Virus record (IMG/VR): IMGVR_UViG_3300046170_000009
Span: 1 to 50,203 of that record
Source: a virus
Lineage: Duplodnaviria > Caudoviricetes
Reading direction: 5' to 3' (one strand)
Length of the DNA: 50,203 nt
This document shows positions 20,001 to 30,433 of the stretch, piece by piece. Numbering within the stretch: the first letter of the stretch is position 1; each line of letters opens with the position of its first letter. The notes beneath the pieces were generated by a model. It had not been told where the DNA came from. It saw only the letters and a program-made list of their open reading frames with translations, and ran no database searches. Both the position numbers and the translations under genes were made by a program.

Positions 20001-20617
20001 TTTTGTAATGTCTGGGGCAAACGACTAACCTTTGTTGCAAGCTTCAGAGCCTGTCCAGCCGCCTTACCTGCACCTATTCTAGATAGGTATGCGGCTACAG
20101 TGCCAGCACCTCCAGAAGCCGCGCCACCTAAAATACCAGCACCTATATATGCGGCATTCTCGTAGTTAAAGATAGCATCAGTGCCATAGTCAGCAATTCG
20201 GTTCAACTGCTCTTTCATGCCATAGACTTCAGATTCGTCAAACTTTGTTCTTAGGTTTGCATAAGCCCGCTTAACTTCATCGGGCGCATCAGATAATGCT
20301 ATAGCCTTAGATGCCGCAGAAGAAATTCTAAAGACATCATCACGCAAAAACTCTACGGGATCATCATCATTTCTAGATGTGGCTGGATCAAGCGCACTCA
20401 TAAAGCTGGGATTATTAGATAAATAATCCATAACAACCTCAAAGTTTTGTAGGGTTGCTGGATCTTCTCTAAAGTCTGTAACAGTATAAGATGGTCTTTC
20501 ATTAGACATCCTAAACTTACCAAAGTCTAAGAAGTATTGAGAGTAGTCTTCTTGTTTTTCTTTTGGCTTTTCTACAGACTCAGCAATATAATCGTCTAGT
20601 GTGGTGGGTTTATACAT
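17039..20617 (-). CDS. large internal virion (ejection) protein, 1192 aa
   Basis: Size, position after the tail and lysis genes, Gly/Ala-rich hydrophobic segments. Confidence 0.7.
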   Translation of the reverse strand: MYKPTTLDDYIAESVEKPKEKQEDYSQYFLDFGKFRMSNERPSYTVTDFREDPATLQNFEVVMDYLSNNPSFMSALDPATSRNDDDPVEFLRDDVFRISSAASKAIALSDAPDEVKRAYANLRTKFDESEVYGMKEQLNRIADYGTDAIFNYENAAYIGAGILGGAASGGAGTVAAYLSRIGAGKAAGQALKLATKVSRLPQTLQKPGAVAAYTGAFGAGSDIATQSLETTTGLREEYSPIQTALATGLSAAGGYGLAKVGAKFLPVEEKASIPAQLFANSLRELVDTPGENFRQSVANLVQSRVDAPKNFRLAIQKALGEPDPSQKIKELLESEVVRNQTLQNLEDAINGVLKEQSGASKAAINFENILSATIKNVQQTKGDEVADIPELRSLVENLGGGDATYEKLVDDAIAAASRGADEQTVKSDLLYSLEKGLSRFTSYYLFGKAAGFLTPYSKISPTAKLLQEKVSNEFALGTDPTKGIFGQQGQKLIQEDFAEAQRDITGSFFREYIRAVLPLSSKKFDVNIEQVNDQLSLAMRGMASDDEAINKSALSIKNIYRVAGEQLHREGLIDNVVDNYIPRQWRRSAIEADRDGFGQLLINAGEAENMKDARRIVSEMLNKNNQLSSGSSGFFFSTHRTFNKITDDSKFEKFLNTDVQQTFFNYMTQAGMGLAKRRVFGIKNLSEFEDKWITPIRQEVVDGGGTWADSGADARRLADLYKTITGEGAESAGDVNQFTQLVQRFALLPLATLSSFTEIMLNFGVAGGATIDGFKAAWKMSGAKNKADIDDFLNAHNTGMKTMTEDAHKKLIDDFGLTPEEAWHEMQEFGLVMEQQLESMADRLAGDMVSSSGMQQASNKFFRVTLLDQWTKFVQNVSFQTGKRHISNLVDDVVKHGDAKITRRMQSKLDDLAEFGVDIKDAKAWVDGGRNIEDPFYQQITKGAARYTNQLILQPTRMSGLKPRAHTTPTGSLIFQLMGYPTAFSNNILKRGAKRLIRDKDIAAEKLVPTALAMTAVAGATNYMRTRGEGFKDKEPMEVGFDALIRWGGSGILLDQVNRARKNTEYMGAMGIPLGFVGPTFNDLASATAFRSPIRTLGTKVPFYGLGRPILGEETMKDYKSALGKMDRDFVDAIKPEKETRNFKKGGEVLDVPNAPEEPDQRIDKMTGLPYDEQAGEAFVDVEERSLLGRVK

Positions 20618-20628
20618 TTAAAATACTC

Positions 20629-22332
20629 TTAGTAGGGGCCGCGCATCAGCGTTTTATTTGTGGGGGCGGCATCAATAAAGAACTGCCTTTCTTTCTCCCT
20701 TTCAGTTTTTCTGATATTAGCATTCATTTCTGCTAGAGCCTCTGCATTGTTTTGCAGATATTCGTTGAAAGACATCTTTTCAGGAATTTCTCCTATAGCC
20801 TGCTTGTTTTTAAATGCTAGTCTAGATTCAGCCTGCGCTCTTGCTATTTCTAGGGCTTCTAGGATTGGCGTTTTTCCAACCCTAGCATCGGCAATATCCG
20901 TTTTTTGTACAAAATCAATAGTCTCTTCTATACGTGCAGGACTTGTAGCCGCAGGCAGTTGTTGTTCCAGAAAGACCTGCATACGTTCATCTATTTGAAC
21001 TCTAAACTCTTCTGGAATATTTTCTACACCGTCATATTCTTCGGTAGCCGCCATAAGAGTCAGTATAGGATTATCAGTTGTAAACCGCTGTATTGCGTTG
21101 CTTTTAGATAATCTAAATCTATTATCATTATTTTCTACATCAATTAAAATAGCCCTTGCCGCAATAGACTTTATCCGCTCATCAGTTATGACGGAAGTAT
21201 CAGAATAAGAATTACGCAGGCCCGTTTCAAACTGGTTCATGGTACTTGCTAACTCATCCGTAAAAGCATTATTAATTTTTGTGTTACCCTCAACTTGTCT
21301 GCCCTCTATAAAAGTACTTAATTTTTTTCGGGTATCATCATCAACAACGCCCTGCGCCTGAGCAACATAAGTAGCCGCCTCATCTCCCCTCAAACCAGTG
21401 CCACCAAAAGGTTGTGCAGTTTCAGGAGACATAAAATCTGTAAGATCTGTAATCGGCCTTATCTTTACAGCACTACCATCAGGACTTTGTTCGACAATAG
21501 CAGTTACGGTAGTACCGTTAGGTAGTTTAAAATCTTTAAATTCGCTTTTTAACGTAAGCTTCCTTAACTTTGCTTTATTCTCTGGATCAGTTTCCCATTC
21601 TGTTACTTTGTCTGCTACTAAAGCACTTCCTGTTTGTGTATAATATTTATCAAAAGTTTCTTTAAATTCTTGAGAAGCCTTATAAATTTGTGACGATGTA
21701 ACACTACGGTAAACAGCCCCGTCTGTATTACGATCATCTTCGTCTAAAAAATAAGATGTTAGTTTTCTTAAACCTCTACCCATTACACCTGCATCAACAC
21801 CAGAAGCCTCTCTAAGAGACTTAGCGTATGCTAGACGATCTCCACCTGTAGTGCTAAGTACATTCTGGGATGCCTCTAATTGGCTATCAAAGGCGTTTAT
21901 ATATTCACCAATAGACTCAGACGCCATTTTCTTAGCTAAACTATCTACATCGGCTTGATTATAATTTTGACCATCCTTACCTAAATTGGTATCTAACTTA
22001 GCTTTATAAAGTTGAAAAAGCTCTTCACGAAAAAAAGCTTCTTTGCCGCCAGTATAACTTGCCGCTGTTCTAGCCCGTTCTGCAACCCTTTGTGCGTTAT
22101 CAACAGCAGAGCGTACAATAGCTCTTTCGTCCAAAACACTTTTTTGGTTCATAAACTTATTATATTTTTCTACTTGTCGCCCCTGTAAAACATTACCAAT
22201 AACTTGACCAGTAAGATTTAAAAGCATATTTTTATCGGCGGTTTTCTCTCTCCCCCTACGGTTTTGTCGAGCGTCTGCTAACAAAGCTGGAGCATTAACT
22301 AGTGGGCTTTTAGTTAAATCAAATTCTGCCAT
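20629..22332 (-). CDS. putative internal virion protein
   Basis: 567 aa helical-looking ORF in the ejection protein cluster. Confidence 0.6.
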   Translation of the reverse strand: MAEFDLTKSPLVNAPALLADARQNRRGREKTADKNMLLNLTGQVIGNVLQGRQVEKYNKFMNQKSVLDERAIVRSAVDNAQRVAERARTAASYTGGKEAFFREELFQLYKAKLDTNLGKDGQNYNQADVDSLAKKMASESIGEYINAFDSQLEASQNVLSTTGGDRLAYAKSLREASGVDAGVMGRGLRKLTSYFLDEDDRNTDGAVYRSVTSSQIYKASQEFKETFDKYYTQTGSALVADKVTEWETDPENKAKLRKLTLKSEFKDFKLPNGTTVTAIVEQSPDGSAVKIRPITDLTDFMSPETAQPFGGTGLRGDEAATYVAQAQGVVDDDTRKKLSTFIEGRQVEGNTKINNAFTDELASTMNQFETGLRNSYSDTSVITDERIKSIAARAILIDVENNDNRFRLSKSNAIQRFTTDNPILTLMAATEEYDGVENIPEEFRVQIDERMQVFLEQQLPAATSPARIEETIDFVQKTDIADARVGKTPILEALEIARAQAESRLAFKNKQAIGEIPEKMSFNEYLQNNAEALAEMNANIRKTEREKERQFFIDAAPTNKTLMRGPY

Positions 22333-22922
22333 TATTGTTCACCTTGATTACTTGGGGGCGGTGGAGGTGCTTGCTCTCCTGCCGGTTGTGATAATAAACT
22401 ATTTATTTGTTCTTGCGGAATAGCTTCTAACTTTGCCTGCATTTGTTTATCTAATGAAGGCATAGCTGTTTTAGCTTGTTCCATATCTGTCTGAACTTGT
22501 CGGCCTTTTACTTCTGCAAAAGATGAGCCTATAGTTTCTTCTTCATCTAGATCATCTTCCATATCATCCCTAAAGAATGTGGGGTCTATGTCAGCCCTTT
22601 CACAAAAAGCTAAAAAGATATATGCTGTAGGCTCAATAAGAAGTTGCATTAAGGAAAAATTCCACTTGCCTTCGTAGAAGCCACTAAACAAAACAGTCTG
22701 AACAACTTCCATAAGTGGAAAACCATCAGCCATCAACTTAATAAACTGAGAATAGTTTTCTTCTTGAATAGCATTTTCAAAAATATAATTCAAAGCTTTA
22801 TGAAGGTTTGAAAACTGTGGTGGCCTATCGTGTGGCGCAGGGTTTTCTGGATCTGTAGTCAGACTAATCCCCGGAATAGGGAACTTCCGTTGTAAGTTGA
22901 TGTCTAGAATATCTTGGTTCAT
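22332..22922 (-). CDS. conserved hypothetical virion-cluster protein
   Basis: PIPGISLT.DP..P...PPQF motif; coupled ORF. Confidence 0.65.
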   Translation of the reverse strand: MNQDILDINLQRKFPIPGISLTTDPENPAPHDRPPQFSNLHKALNYIFENAIQEENYSQFIKLMADGFPLMEVVQTVLFSGFYEGKWNFSLMQLLIEPTAYIFLAFCERADIDPTFFRDDMEDDLDEEETIGSSFAEVKGRQVQTDMEQAKTAMPSLDKQMQAKLEAIPQEQINSLLSQPAGEQAPPPPPSNQGEQ

Positions 22923-24319
22923 GCCGCCAGTTCCTCATATGCTTGGGCAAGCCCGGCCTGTAGTCCAGCCGAACCATAATATCCTTGAGCATATATATTG
23001 CTGTAGTTTGAATTTAAAATATCATCTTGGATTTGAGCAAAGTAATCAAAGCCTGCCATTGGCGTTAAGTTTGAAGTAGAAAGACCGGGAGAACTTTGAA
23101 TAGGTGATGTTTGCATAGCACTATAATCAATAAAAGGTTGAGAAGAATTTTGTAGACTATCATAATAATCCTGTTGTTGTTGTGCTAACGATTTTGCATC
23201 TACATACTCTTGAGCTAAAGAAAGACCGCCTGCTTTAGTTAATTCAATACCTTTTCCTGCTAAAGCGTCTCTAGCTTTAGTGCCTAAAGATTTGGTTGTA
23301 GTGTCTAAGACCATAGAAGTATCTAATTTAGGAGCCTGATAACCACCACTATCAATTATATTTTGTGTGGTTGATTCCATACTAACACCTACATTACTGG
23401 GATCTAGTTGCATAGTTTCAAAAGCAACCGGCCCTGAAGCTGTCGGTGCTGGTGGAGACATTAAAGAAGGAGCTTGGAATGTAGGTCGCACCCCTTCAAC
23501 TGTAAACACGCCCTCGTCTAGTCCCAAAGGCAAATTGCCTGTAGCACTATACATTTTGTCGGGAGTACCTAATCCCATTCGCTCAGTAAGACTAAAGTTA
23601 TCTGGATCTGTAATATCTAGACCTTGTGAAACAAAAGACCGCTGGCCTGTGACCGGATCATAAGTTATTTGCTGTGGCCCTAAAGCTTCGGCCTGCAACA
23701 AAGAGCCATCCTGCGTCGGCCCAGCAATCTCAACTGCGTCTGGGCTAAATGTTTTACCAACGCTCTCTTCTAAATTTGCCTGTATGCCAAACTTATTCAT
23801 ACTAGAATCAATTGTTGATTTAGAAAACAACTGTCCTAAATCAGAGCCTGCTGTGCGCCAAGCGTCTTGAGTTTTTGACCAAGCCGTATCAAAATTCAAT
23901 TCTGTAATATCTATTTTACCGGCTGTAAGGTCTTTCATAAAAGTTCCAAACTGTTGTCCACCCGGAAGACTATTAATTGTAGCGCCTACCATGTTTCCAA
24001 TAGTATCTGTAACAGCAGAAGTAACAGACTTAAAGGCTGTACCAACACGAGTACCTACCTTTACTGCGGCATTAAGAAAGTGTCCAGCGCCTTTAACAAC
24101 AGCGCCCAATGCTCCACCTAATTGTGTTCCCATCATTCCGGTGGCTAGTCCTCCTAGTGCCGGTAGCGCATAGGGCATAATAAGTGCCAGACCTAATTGA
24201 CCTACAATGCCAATCTTGCCCATGAACTTACCGACTTTCTTAAAGGCACTTTTAATACCTTTCCCTATTTTTTTGAAAACTTTCTTAATACCCTTAAAAA
24301 TCTTTTTAAAGAATCCCAT
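22919..24319 (-). CDS. putative membrane-active internal virion protein
   Basis: Amphipathic cationic N-terminus followed by a Gly/Ala hydrophobic segment. Confidence 0.65.
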   Translation of the reverse strand: MGFFKKIFKGIKKVFKKIGKGIKSAFKKVGKFMGKIGIVGQLGLALIMPYALPALGGLATGMMGTQLGGALGAVVKGAGHFLNAAVKVGTRVGTAFKSVTSAVTDTIGNMVGATINSLPGGQQFGTFMKDLTAGKIDITELNFDTAWSKTQDAWRTAGSDLGQLFSKSTIDSSMNKFGIQANLEESVGKTFSPDAVEIAGPTQDGSLLQAEALGPQQITYDPVTGQRSFVSQGLDITDPDNFSLTERMGLGTPDKMYSATGNLPLGLDEGVFTVEGVRPTFQAPSLMSPPAPTASGPVAFETMQLDPSNVGVSMESTTQNIIDSGGYQAPKLDTSMVLDTTTKSLGTKARDALAGKGIELTKAGGLSLAQEYVDAKSLAQQQQDYYDSLQNSSQPFIDYSAMQTSPIQSSPGLSTSNLTPMAGFDYFAQIQDDILNSNYSNIYAQGYYGSAGLQAGLAQAYEELAA

Positions 24320-24324
24320 TGTGA

Positions 24325-27300
24325 TTAATCTCCTCCACTCATTACACCTGAAACAAGACTCATCAGGTTCGATATTGTAGTACTTGATTCATTACTAGCG
24401 GCTGTCTCATTTCCAATAGCCGCAATGTAAAGCTGTGTGTTTAATGCCTTATCATTTTCAAAAGATGTTCTTAAATATGCCGCCTCATCTCTAGCCGCAA
24501 GAAGGTCTGATTCATAGCTCATTGCTGTTAGCTGAAAGTTTTGCTGGGCATTAAGCTTATTCATTTCATTTTCAGCGGCTGTATTCATCATTGCTGTTTT
24601 ACGATCATACTCAATAGCAGATTGAGAAGCGATAAAGGCATTCTGTGCATTAAACTGTTCACGGTTTGCGGATATCTGAGCATTAGCAATTGATGCCGCA
24701 GAAGACGCCCTAATGTTAGCCGCAGAAATAGTTGCGTCTGCACCTATCTGAGTAGATTGTATTTGAGCGGCAGTCTGCATACCAGTAGTTTGAATTTGCG
24801 TTTGAGACTGTAGCTGTGCAATACCTTTACGTGTTGAAGCATCTAAACTTGCAATATCAAACTGATTAGCCAACTGCTTATCAAGAGAAGTCATAGAATT
24901 AACCTGACCAGCATTAAACTGTGACATTGCATTTAACTGTTGAGAATTAAACTGAGAGATTTGTGCCGCCATAGAAGCATTAAATTGATCTACTTGATTT
25001 TGACTCTGAGCATTAAACTGCTTTGCGGCATTCTGCATAGACTGATCAGATAACAAAGCCTGTTGTTGGTTTTGAGCATTCATAATTGCTGATTGTTGAT
25101 CAGCATTAAAGTTTGCCATATCCATCTGTAAAAAAGCTTGAGCATTCTGAGCCGCTAGTTTTGTACGATTATCAGCATTTGCAAGATCTAAAGATGCTAA
25201 AGCTGTAGCGTTTTGCATAGCCGCTTGCTGTTCTGCATTAAAATCAGTCATCGTCATAGTTTGCATAAACTTACTATTAGCTAATTCAACTTGCTGATCA
25301 GCGTTAAACTTAGCCATGTCCATACGTTAGACACCATAGCCGCATTTTGAACTGCTCGTTGTTGATCAGCATTAAGCTGTGCAACATTCATTTGAGAAGC
25401 AATCTGTCCCTGCAAAAGATTTGTTTGCATACGACTATTTAAATTAGCAAGTCTGTGTTTGCTGTGCGGCTGACAGGTTTTCTGAAGATGCTTGATTTAG
25501 AGCCGAAAGATTAGCAAGCTCCATCTGTTGTTCATTACTAAGATTAGCTAATTCCATTTGTTGTTTAAAGCCAGCATTCTTAGCTAAAAAGTCAGCGGCT
25601 ACTTGCATAGTTTGCATACGTTGAACATTCTCAGCAGACATATTCTCTTTATTAGTCTGGAACTCAAAACTAAGATTAGCCATTTCTGTTTGCTGTTCAT
25701 TTCCCAGATTAGCAAGATTCATTTGTTGCTCTTGCTGAGATTTTTGAACAGCGGCTTGCTGTTGATTTTGAAGATTCTGCATTCGCATCTGTTGCGATTG
25801 AGCCGCAGAAGTAATCATTGTGTCTTGAGCAAACTGACTTTGCATTGTAGCCATCTGCTGGGCCATCTGAGCCGTTTGAGAGCCCGCTGTTTGGCTATTA
25901 GCGTTGTTTTGTAGTCTTCGTTGTGCATCTAGATTAGCTTGAGCTACATTGGCCTGTTGCTCGTTTGAAAGATTCTGAGCGGCCCTCTGCTGTAGTGCCT
26001 GTGCATTAGACTGTGCGATAGGCATAGCGCTTTGAATAATTGCATTAAACAAAGAATCTCTAGCTACGTTAGAGGCTGTCATACCTCTTGCCGCCATTTT
26101 TTGTTCTACTGCGGCAACAGCGGCTCTAGCCCATACAGGAGTCTCACCATCTTCAAGACCTGCAAGAAGTGTTTCCATTTGAGAAGATACCAAAGCTTCT
26201 GTAGGCATTGCCGCAACAGCCGCTCGGACTTCAACAGGTTGTTCATCTATAGCGGCTTCTACACTTGCAGGATCTTCTACAATAGTTTTAGTTAACTCTG
26301 GAGGAAGTTGACCAACCTCTGCAACCATATCAGCCGCCGCACCTTTAGCGGCAGTTCCTTTGACTGTACGCATCTTTGCGGCTTCATAGCCTACTGTACC
26401 AACAATTTGAGCGGCTTGACCATCTGTAGCAGGAGTTCCTGTAATAGCCTCTCTTTGTTGTGCTTCAGCTTCTGGAGTTTCTGCAACCGTTGCAACCTTA
26501 CCAGTTACAGGATCTACAAAAGCACCATCAGAAATGTTGTAGTCTGTTTCTTCAGCTAATGCGGCTTCCTCCGCTTCTCTATCTCTTTCAGCCGCTTGCG
26601 CTCTTTCAGTAAGCTCTTGATCTTCGATAGTTGCAGTAGCCCCCTCACTGAGTTCACCGTCAACATCTGCTACGTCTTGAACGTCATCAGAAACTGTTAC
26701 AACATCTTCAATAAGGTTTGCGTCCACATCTTCAGGCTGTTGAGCTTCTGTTACTGTTCCTGTTTGAGCGTCTGTAGAAGAAACAGTCCTTTGTGTAGGA
26801 GTATCATCTATTGTTGGCGCAGGCTGATTAACGGCTGTTGGAGGTGTAGGCCCGCTACGTACAGGTTGAGTTTGAACAGGCGCAGAAACAAAATTAGTTG
26901 TTGTGTCCAATACTGCCTCCGCCGGTGGTGTACGAGTTTGTGTTTGTACTGGCGCTTGTTGTGAAGAAGGCGTAGACTGTTTAATTTGTGGTGGTGCAAC
27001 TTTTCTAACGGGGTCAGGCATTTCTTGCGTAGTTAATTCTTGAGCAGTAGGTACATTGATTGGTTGTTGAGGCGCTGGAGGCGCAATGTTAGGCATTGGT
27101 GCATCTTCAACAACTTCTATAGCCTGTTCTACAGGAGCTTGAGGCGCAATGTTTCGTGAAGGCCTAATACCTCCAGTAGTAAATTCTGGCTCTGGAACCC
27201 TCACAGGAATTTTAGTAGGTACTTTTGTCGCCTTTGGTTTGCCCACAGGTCTAGAAGTTTCTACGTTTGTAACTTGTGGCGCTCTACGTCTTCTCCCACC

Positions 27301-28002
27301 ACGCCTAGCCGTCACGCGACGATCATCATCATTTTCTTCTACTTCATTATCTGGTTCTGACGGGGGCGGGTCTTTTATAAACACTTTATCTTCGTCTAAA
27401 ATTGCTTCTTCAGGAATAGGTTTAGAGTCAATTGTTTCGTATTCAATATGCGGAGTTTTTTCAATAACTGGTTTCACGGGCTTTTTAGTAGTAAAGCCTG
27501 CTGACGGATCATAACCAATAGATCCTCTTTCTGTAGAAGTAAACTTAGCAGGATCAAAACCCGCCTCACCAGCCCGCTTAGTTTTTTGGGCATCTCTTAA
27601 AGCCGCATACTCTTGATCAGATACAACACCATCTTGATTAATATCATAGCCTCTGTCTAAAGATTGTGTTTGGTTGGCTCGTGCTTCTTCTTCTGTTTGG
27701 CCTCTATCCATCAATTCCGCAAGACGCTCTGCCTCAGTCATAGTGGCATAGTCTTCCGGATTAAAATCATCAAGGCGTGGAACATAACTGCCGCTTGTTT
27801 TGGAGCCTGTAATTGGCTTTGCAGTACCGCCAGAAGTATTTATATAGTTTTTTGATCCGTCTGGATTTAAAATATAAGGTTTGCCTGCATCATCATAAAG
27901 AACATTAGGCATACCCCCAGAATACTTTTGCACACGCCTTGGCTTACGAACGCCTCCAGAAGTATACTTCTTCCTACGATTTTTTGTTTTTTGTCGAGCC
28001 AT
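24325..28002 (-). CDS. Q/N/A-rich internal virion protein, probably one gene broken by two compensating indels (about 25325 and 25455)
   Basis: ORFs 25444-28002 and 24325-25323 share a frame; the gap reads RLANLNSRMQTNLLQGQIASQMNVAQLNADQQRAVQNAAMV in a shifted frame with the same composition. Confidence 0.7.
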
Positions 28003-28012
28003 TTATATTTCC

Positions 28013-28372
28013 TCAGTACGACCAAATAGCAGGTGAAGAAAACTCATCTTCTGCCATATCCAAATGTATAAAACGTCCTTTGCCTTTCTGATTTATCCCT
28101 ATGCGTTTAACGCCATGCGCTATAGCAACTTCAAGAACCTTTAAAGCTTTATCTCCTCTTACAGCTATATCAACTGCACAGCCTGTTGTATGTGCTCCTA
28201 CGCGACCTTTAGAAGCCTCTATAGGATGTTCAATACATCTATAACCAGAACTAATAACAAAAGGAAAATTACATTCTTGTCTTATGTTATTTAAAACCTT
28301 TAAAAATTCTACATCAAATTTATACGCACCACAGTGCTGACAGCTTAATTCTTCTTCTGTAAAATAATTCAT
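28013..28372 (-). CDS. endolysin, peptidase M15A family
   Basis: YFTEEELSC, SSGYRC, AHTTGCAVDI, FIHLD Zn-ligand motifs. Confidence 0.88.
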   Translation of the reverse strand: MNYFTEEELSCQHCGAYKFDVEFLKVLNNIRQECNFPFVISSGYRCIEHPIEASKGRVGAHTTGCAVDIAVRGDKALKVLEVAIAHGVKRIGINQKGKGRFIHLDMAEDEFSSPAIWSY

Positions 28373-28569
28373 TCTTTTCTACCAGTGCCTAAAAATAATC
28401 CAAAGGCTCCTGTTAAGGCTCCCGTCATCACACTGACTAAGCCTGCCTGTTCTAACGTAGGTGTTGGGATTCCCATAAACCACTCAACAACACGATAGGT
28501 CATAACAAGCATAGCCAGCATTAAGAGCCGTGGTACTACTCGCCACTTGTCTAGCTCTTCGGGTGTCAT
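28369..28569 (-). CDS. small two-TM membrane protein (holin/antiholin candidate)
   Basis: LDKWRVVPRLL followed by two TM segments, next to the endolysin. Confidence 0.65.
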   Translation of the reverse strand: MTPEELDKWRVVPRLLMLAMLVMTYRVVEWFMGIPTPTLEQAGLVSVMTGALTGAFGLFLGTGRKE

Positions 28570-28943
28570 TGCTTTCTTAGCTTCATAAGTTTATCAGCAC
28601 CTTTTATACCAAATGAGCTTGTTACGGCGACAAAAAGGAGGTACTGATACCATTCTGGAAGATTACCCAAGGCATTAAAAGCATCATGCACCCTGTCCAT
28701 AACAGTAAGATCATTAACACCAACACCGTACATAACAGCAACAATAGGAGCCGATAACAAGAGAGCAAACCACTCGTCTTTCCAGCTATTAGCTGACGCA
28801 TCAGCCATCTTAGATTCCCAATCAGCGTCATTCTGAATAACTTGTAGTTTAGCGTGATGCTTTGCTTGAGCTTGCTCATGCTTGTTGTTAAGATAACCAC
28901 CAACCAAATTTGTTATCGGAGATATTAAAGCCTGCCAAGCCAT
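28566..28943 (-). CDS. putative holin
   Basis: MAWQALISPITNLVGG..SWKDEW..LPEWY..SFGIK; TM segments and basic C-terminus. Confidence 0.7.
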   Translation of the reverse strand: MAWQALISPITNLVGGYLNNKHEQAQAKHHAKLQVIQNDADWESKMADASANSWKDEWFALLLSAPIVAVMYGVGVNDLTVMDRVHDAFNALGNLPEWYQYLLFVAVTSSFGIKGADKLMKLRKQ

Positions 28944-28944
28944 A

Positions 28945-29340
28945 CTAGTTACAAACGCCAGCGTCTTCTGAGTTATCAAACTGATTGTCACCACAGCCGT
29001 ACTTACCGTCGTTATCGGTGTCACAGAAACGGCCCCAAGCCTGCATATCAAATGTATAACCTTCGCTCCACGGCACGTAAGTCTTACACCACTGATGTGA
29101 TCCTACGGCAAAAGGATCTTGTGGTTGTTCTACGTAGTCACGTTTAGTCCACGGTTTTTGTACACGAAAGAACGTGTCTTTGTTTTTCATTAGCTGTCGC
29201 TTGAATAGAGAGCTACTAGGCGTACTGATGTAGATTTCTTGGTTGTCTTCTAGGGTGTACGTAGATCCATCATCATAATTAATAACAGTAGCTCCAAAAA
29301 CTAAAGCAGGTAACAATAAAAACAAACTTAAATATTTCAT
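28945..29340 (-). CDS. hypothetical exported protein
   Basis: AAGGAG RBS; signal-peptide-like MKYLSLFLLLPALVFG; four Cys. Confidence 0.65.
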   Translation of the reverse strand: MKYLSLFLLLPALVFGATVINYDDGSTYTLEDNQEIYISTPSSSLFKRQLMKNKDTFFRVQKPWTKRDYVEQPQDPFAVGSHQWCKTYVPWSEGYTFDMQAWGRFCDTDNDGKYGCGDNQFDNSEDAGVCN

Positions 29341-29351
29341 ATAAACTCCTT

Positions 29352-29633
29352 TTATTTTATAAAATAAACAGCCAAAGATGCGCCAGCAGTTACACATAAC
29401 CAAAACATTCTTTCTATATTACTAGATGTTTTAGTATTCAACAAGACAGCGTTATTTAATTCTTTTATATCTTCTTCTTGATCATCTAATCGTTTTTCAT
29501 GTCGATCAAGCCTTTTAAAAACAGAAGACATACGCTCCTCTATACGTGCAAATTGAGATATAGTATCAGCTAATTTATCTAGCTTTTCTTCTATGCGCTG
29601 TAAACGTGGCTCATTCTCTGGTACAACAGCCAT
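29352..29633 (-). CDS. coiled-coil protein with C-terminal TM helix
   Basis: RLQRIEEKLDKL heptads and a hydrophobic C-terminus. Confidence 0.65.
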   Translation of the reverse strand: MAVVPENEPRLQRIEEKLDKLADTISQFARIEERMSSVFKRLDRHEKRLDDQEEDIKELNNAVLLNTKTSSNIERMFWLCVTAGASLAVYFIK

Positions 29634-30100
29634 TAAACACTCCTTATGATAATCATTGTGCCGTAAACAATACCGGCTGTTACGACACAAGCTATAGATA
29701 AGAAAAAAGTATCTAATAGCATTCGCTGTCTTTTGCGCTGTTTGTATATTGCTTCTTGTCTAGTTGCTTTAATTTTTCGACGTAACATTATCATTTCTTG
29801 ATAGGTTTCTACGCCATAAGACCAAACAATTAATTCTCTAATTTGTTTTTCTTGTTCCTCTAATTTCTTTTTTGCTATAACACTATTTAAAGCTTGTTGC
29901 TCTACTGTGTTTCCGTCAAAAAGTTTTTTAAATATGCCGGGGTTTTCAGCTTCTTTTTCAGCTTCTTTAATATCAGACGCAAAGCTGTACCACTGCCCTA
30001 ACTTCTGAGCAACGTGCTCAATCTCAGCACCTTTGTTTACAAGCGTCTGTACACCCTTGAAGGTTGTAGACGCCATAGCAATTAAAGAAAGAGGATCCAT
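29633..30100 (-). CDS. conserved hypothetical protein with C-terminal TM helix
   Basis: MDPLSLIAMA start, coiled coil, TM tail. Confidence 0.65.
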   Translation of the reverse strand: MDPLSLIAMASTTFKGVQTLVNKGAEIEHVAQKLGQWYSFASDIKEAEKEAENPGIFKKLFDGNTVEQQALNSVIAKKKLEEQEKQIRELIVWSYGVETYQEMIMLRRKIKATRQEAIYKQRKRQRMLLDTFFLSIACVVTAGIVYGTMIIIRSV

Positions 30101-30108
30101 TCATTAGC

Positions 30109-30420
30109 TTACCAAGAAACACCAGTGCCGGTTGAAGGTGTAGCAAGTTCAGCAATCTGTGCGTCAATAGCGGCTTCAACAGCGGCTACTTGATCGTCAC
30201 CCAAAGCCGCCTTAGCCCAACCAACAGCCGTGTCTTCAGTAACATCAGCCCACTCAACAAATGACTCACCCGGAGCCTCAAGCCCCACAGTGCCATAGGT
30301 TGAGCCAGAGTTATCTCCGTCCTCTTTAGAGCAACGCCAGTGTACGGTGTTGACTACGTTAGTGTGTCCGTCTTGTGAAACGGTGTAATCCATTGCTGAT
30401 ACAGTCCATGTGTGTGCCAT
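30109..30420 (-). CDS. tail-fibre-associated small protein
   Basis: WTVSAM..VVNTVHWRC..FVEWADVTE..VGW pattern directly after the fibre genes. Confidence 0.65.
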   Translation of the reverse strand: MAHTWTVSAMDYTVSQDGHTNVVNTVHWRCSKEDGDNSGSTYGTVGLEAPGESFVEWADVTEDTAVGWAKAALGDDQVAAVEAAIDAQIAELATPSTGTGVSW

Positions 30421-30433
30421 TGTTTATTCTCCT

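Noticed and set aside
25324-25446. Stop-codon readthrough, alternative genetic code or intron joining two same-frame ORFs
   Set aside because: The shared frame has several stops of different types while a shifted frame is open and compositionally matched; other genes use all three stops normally
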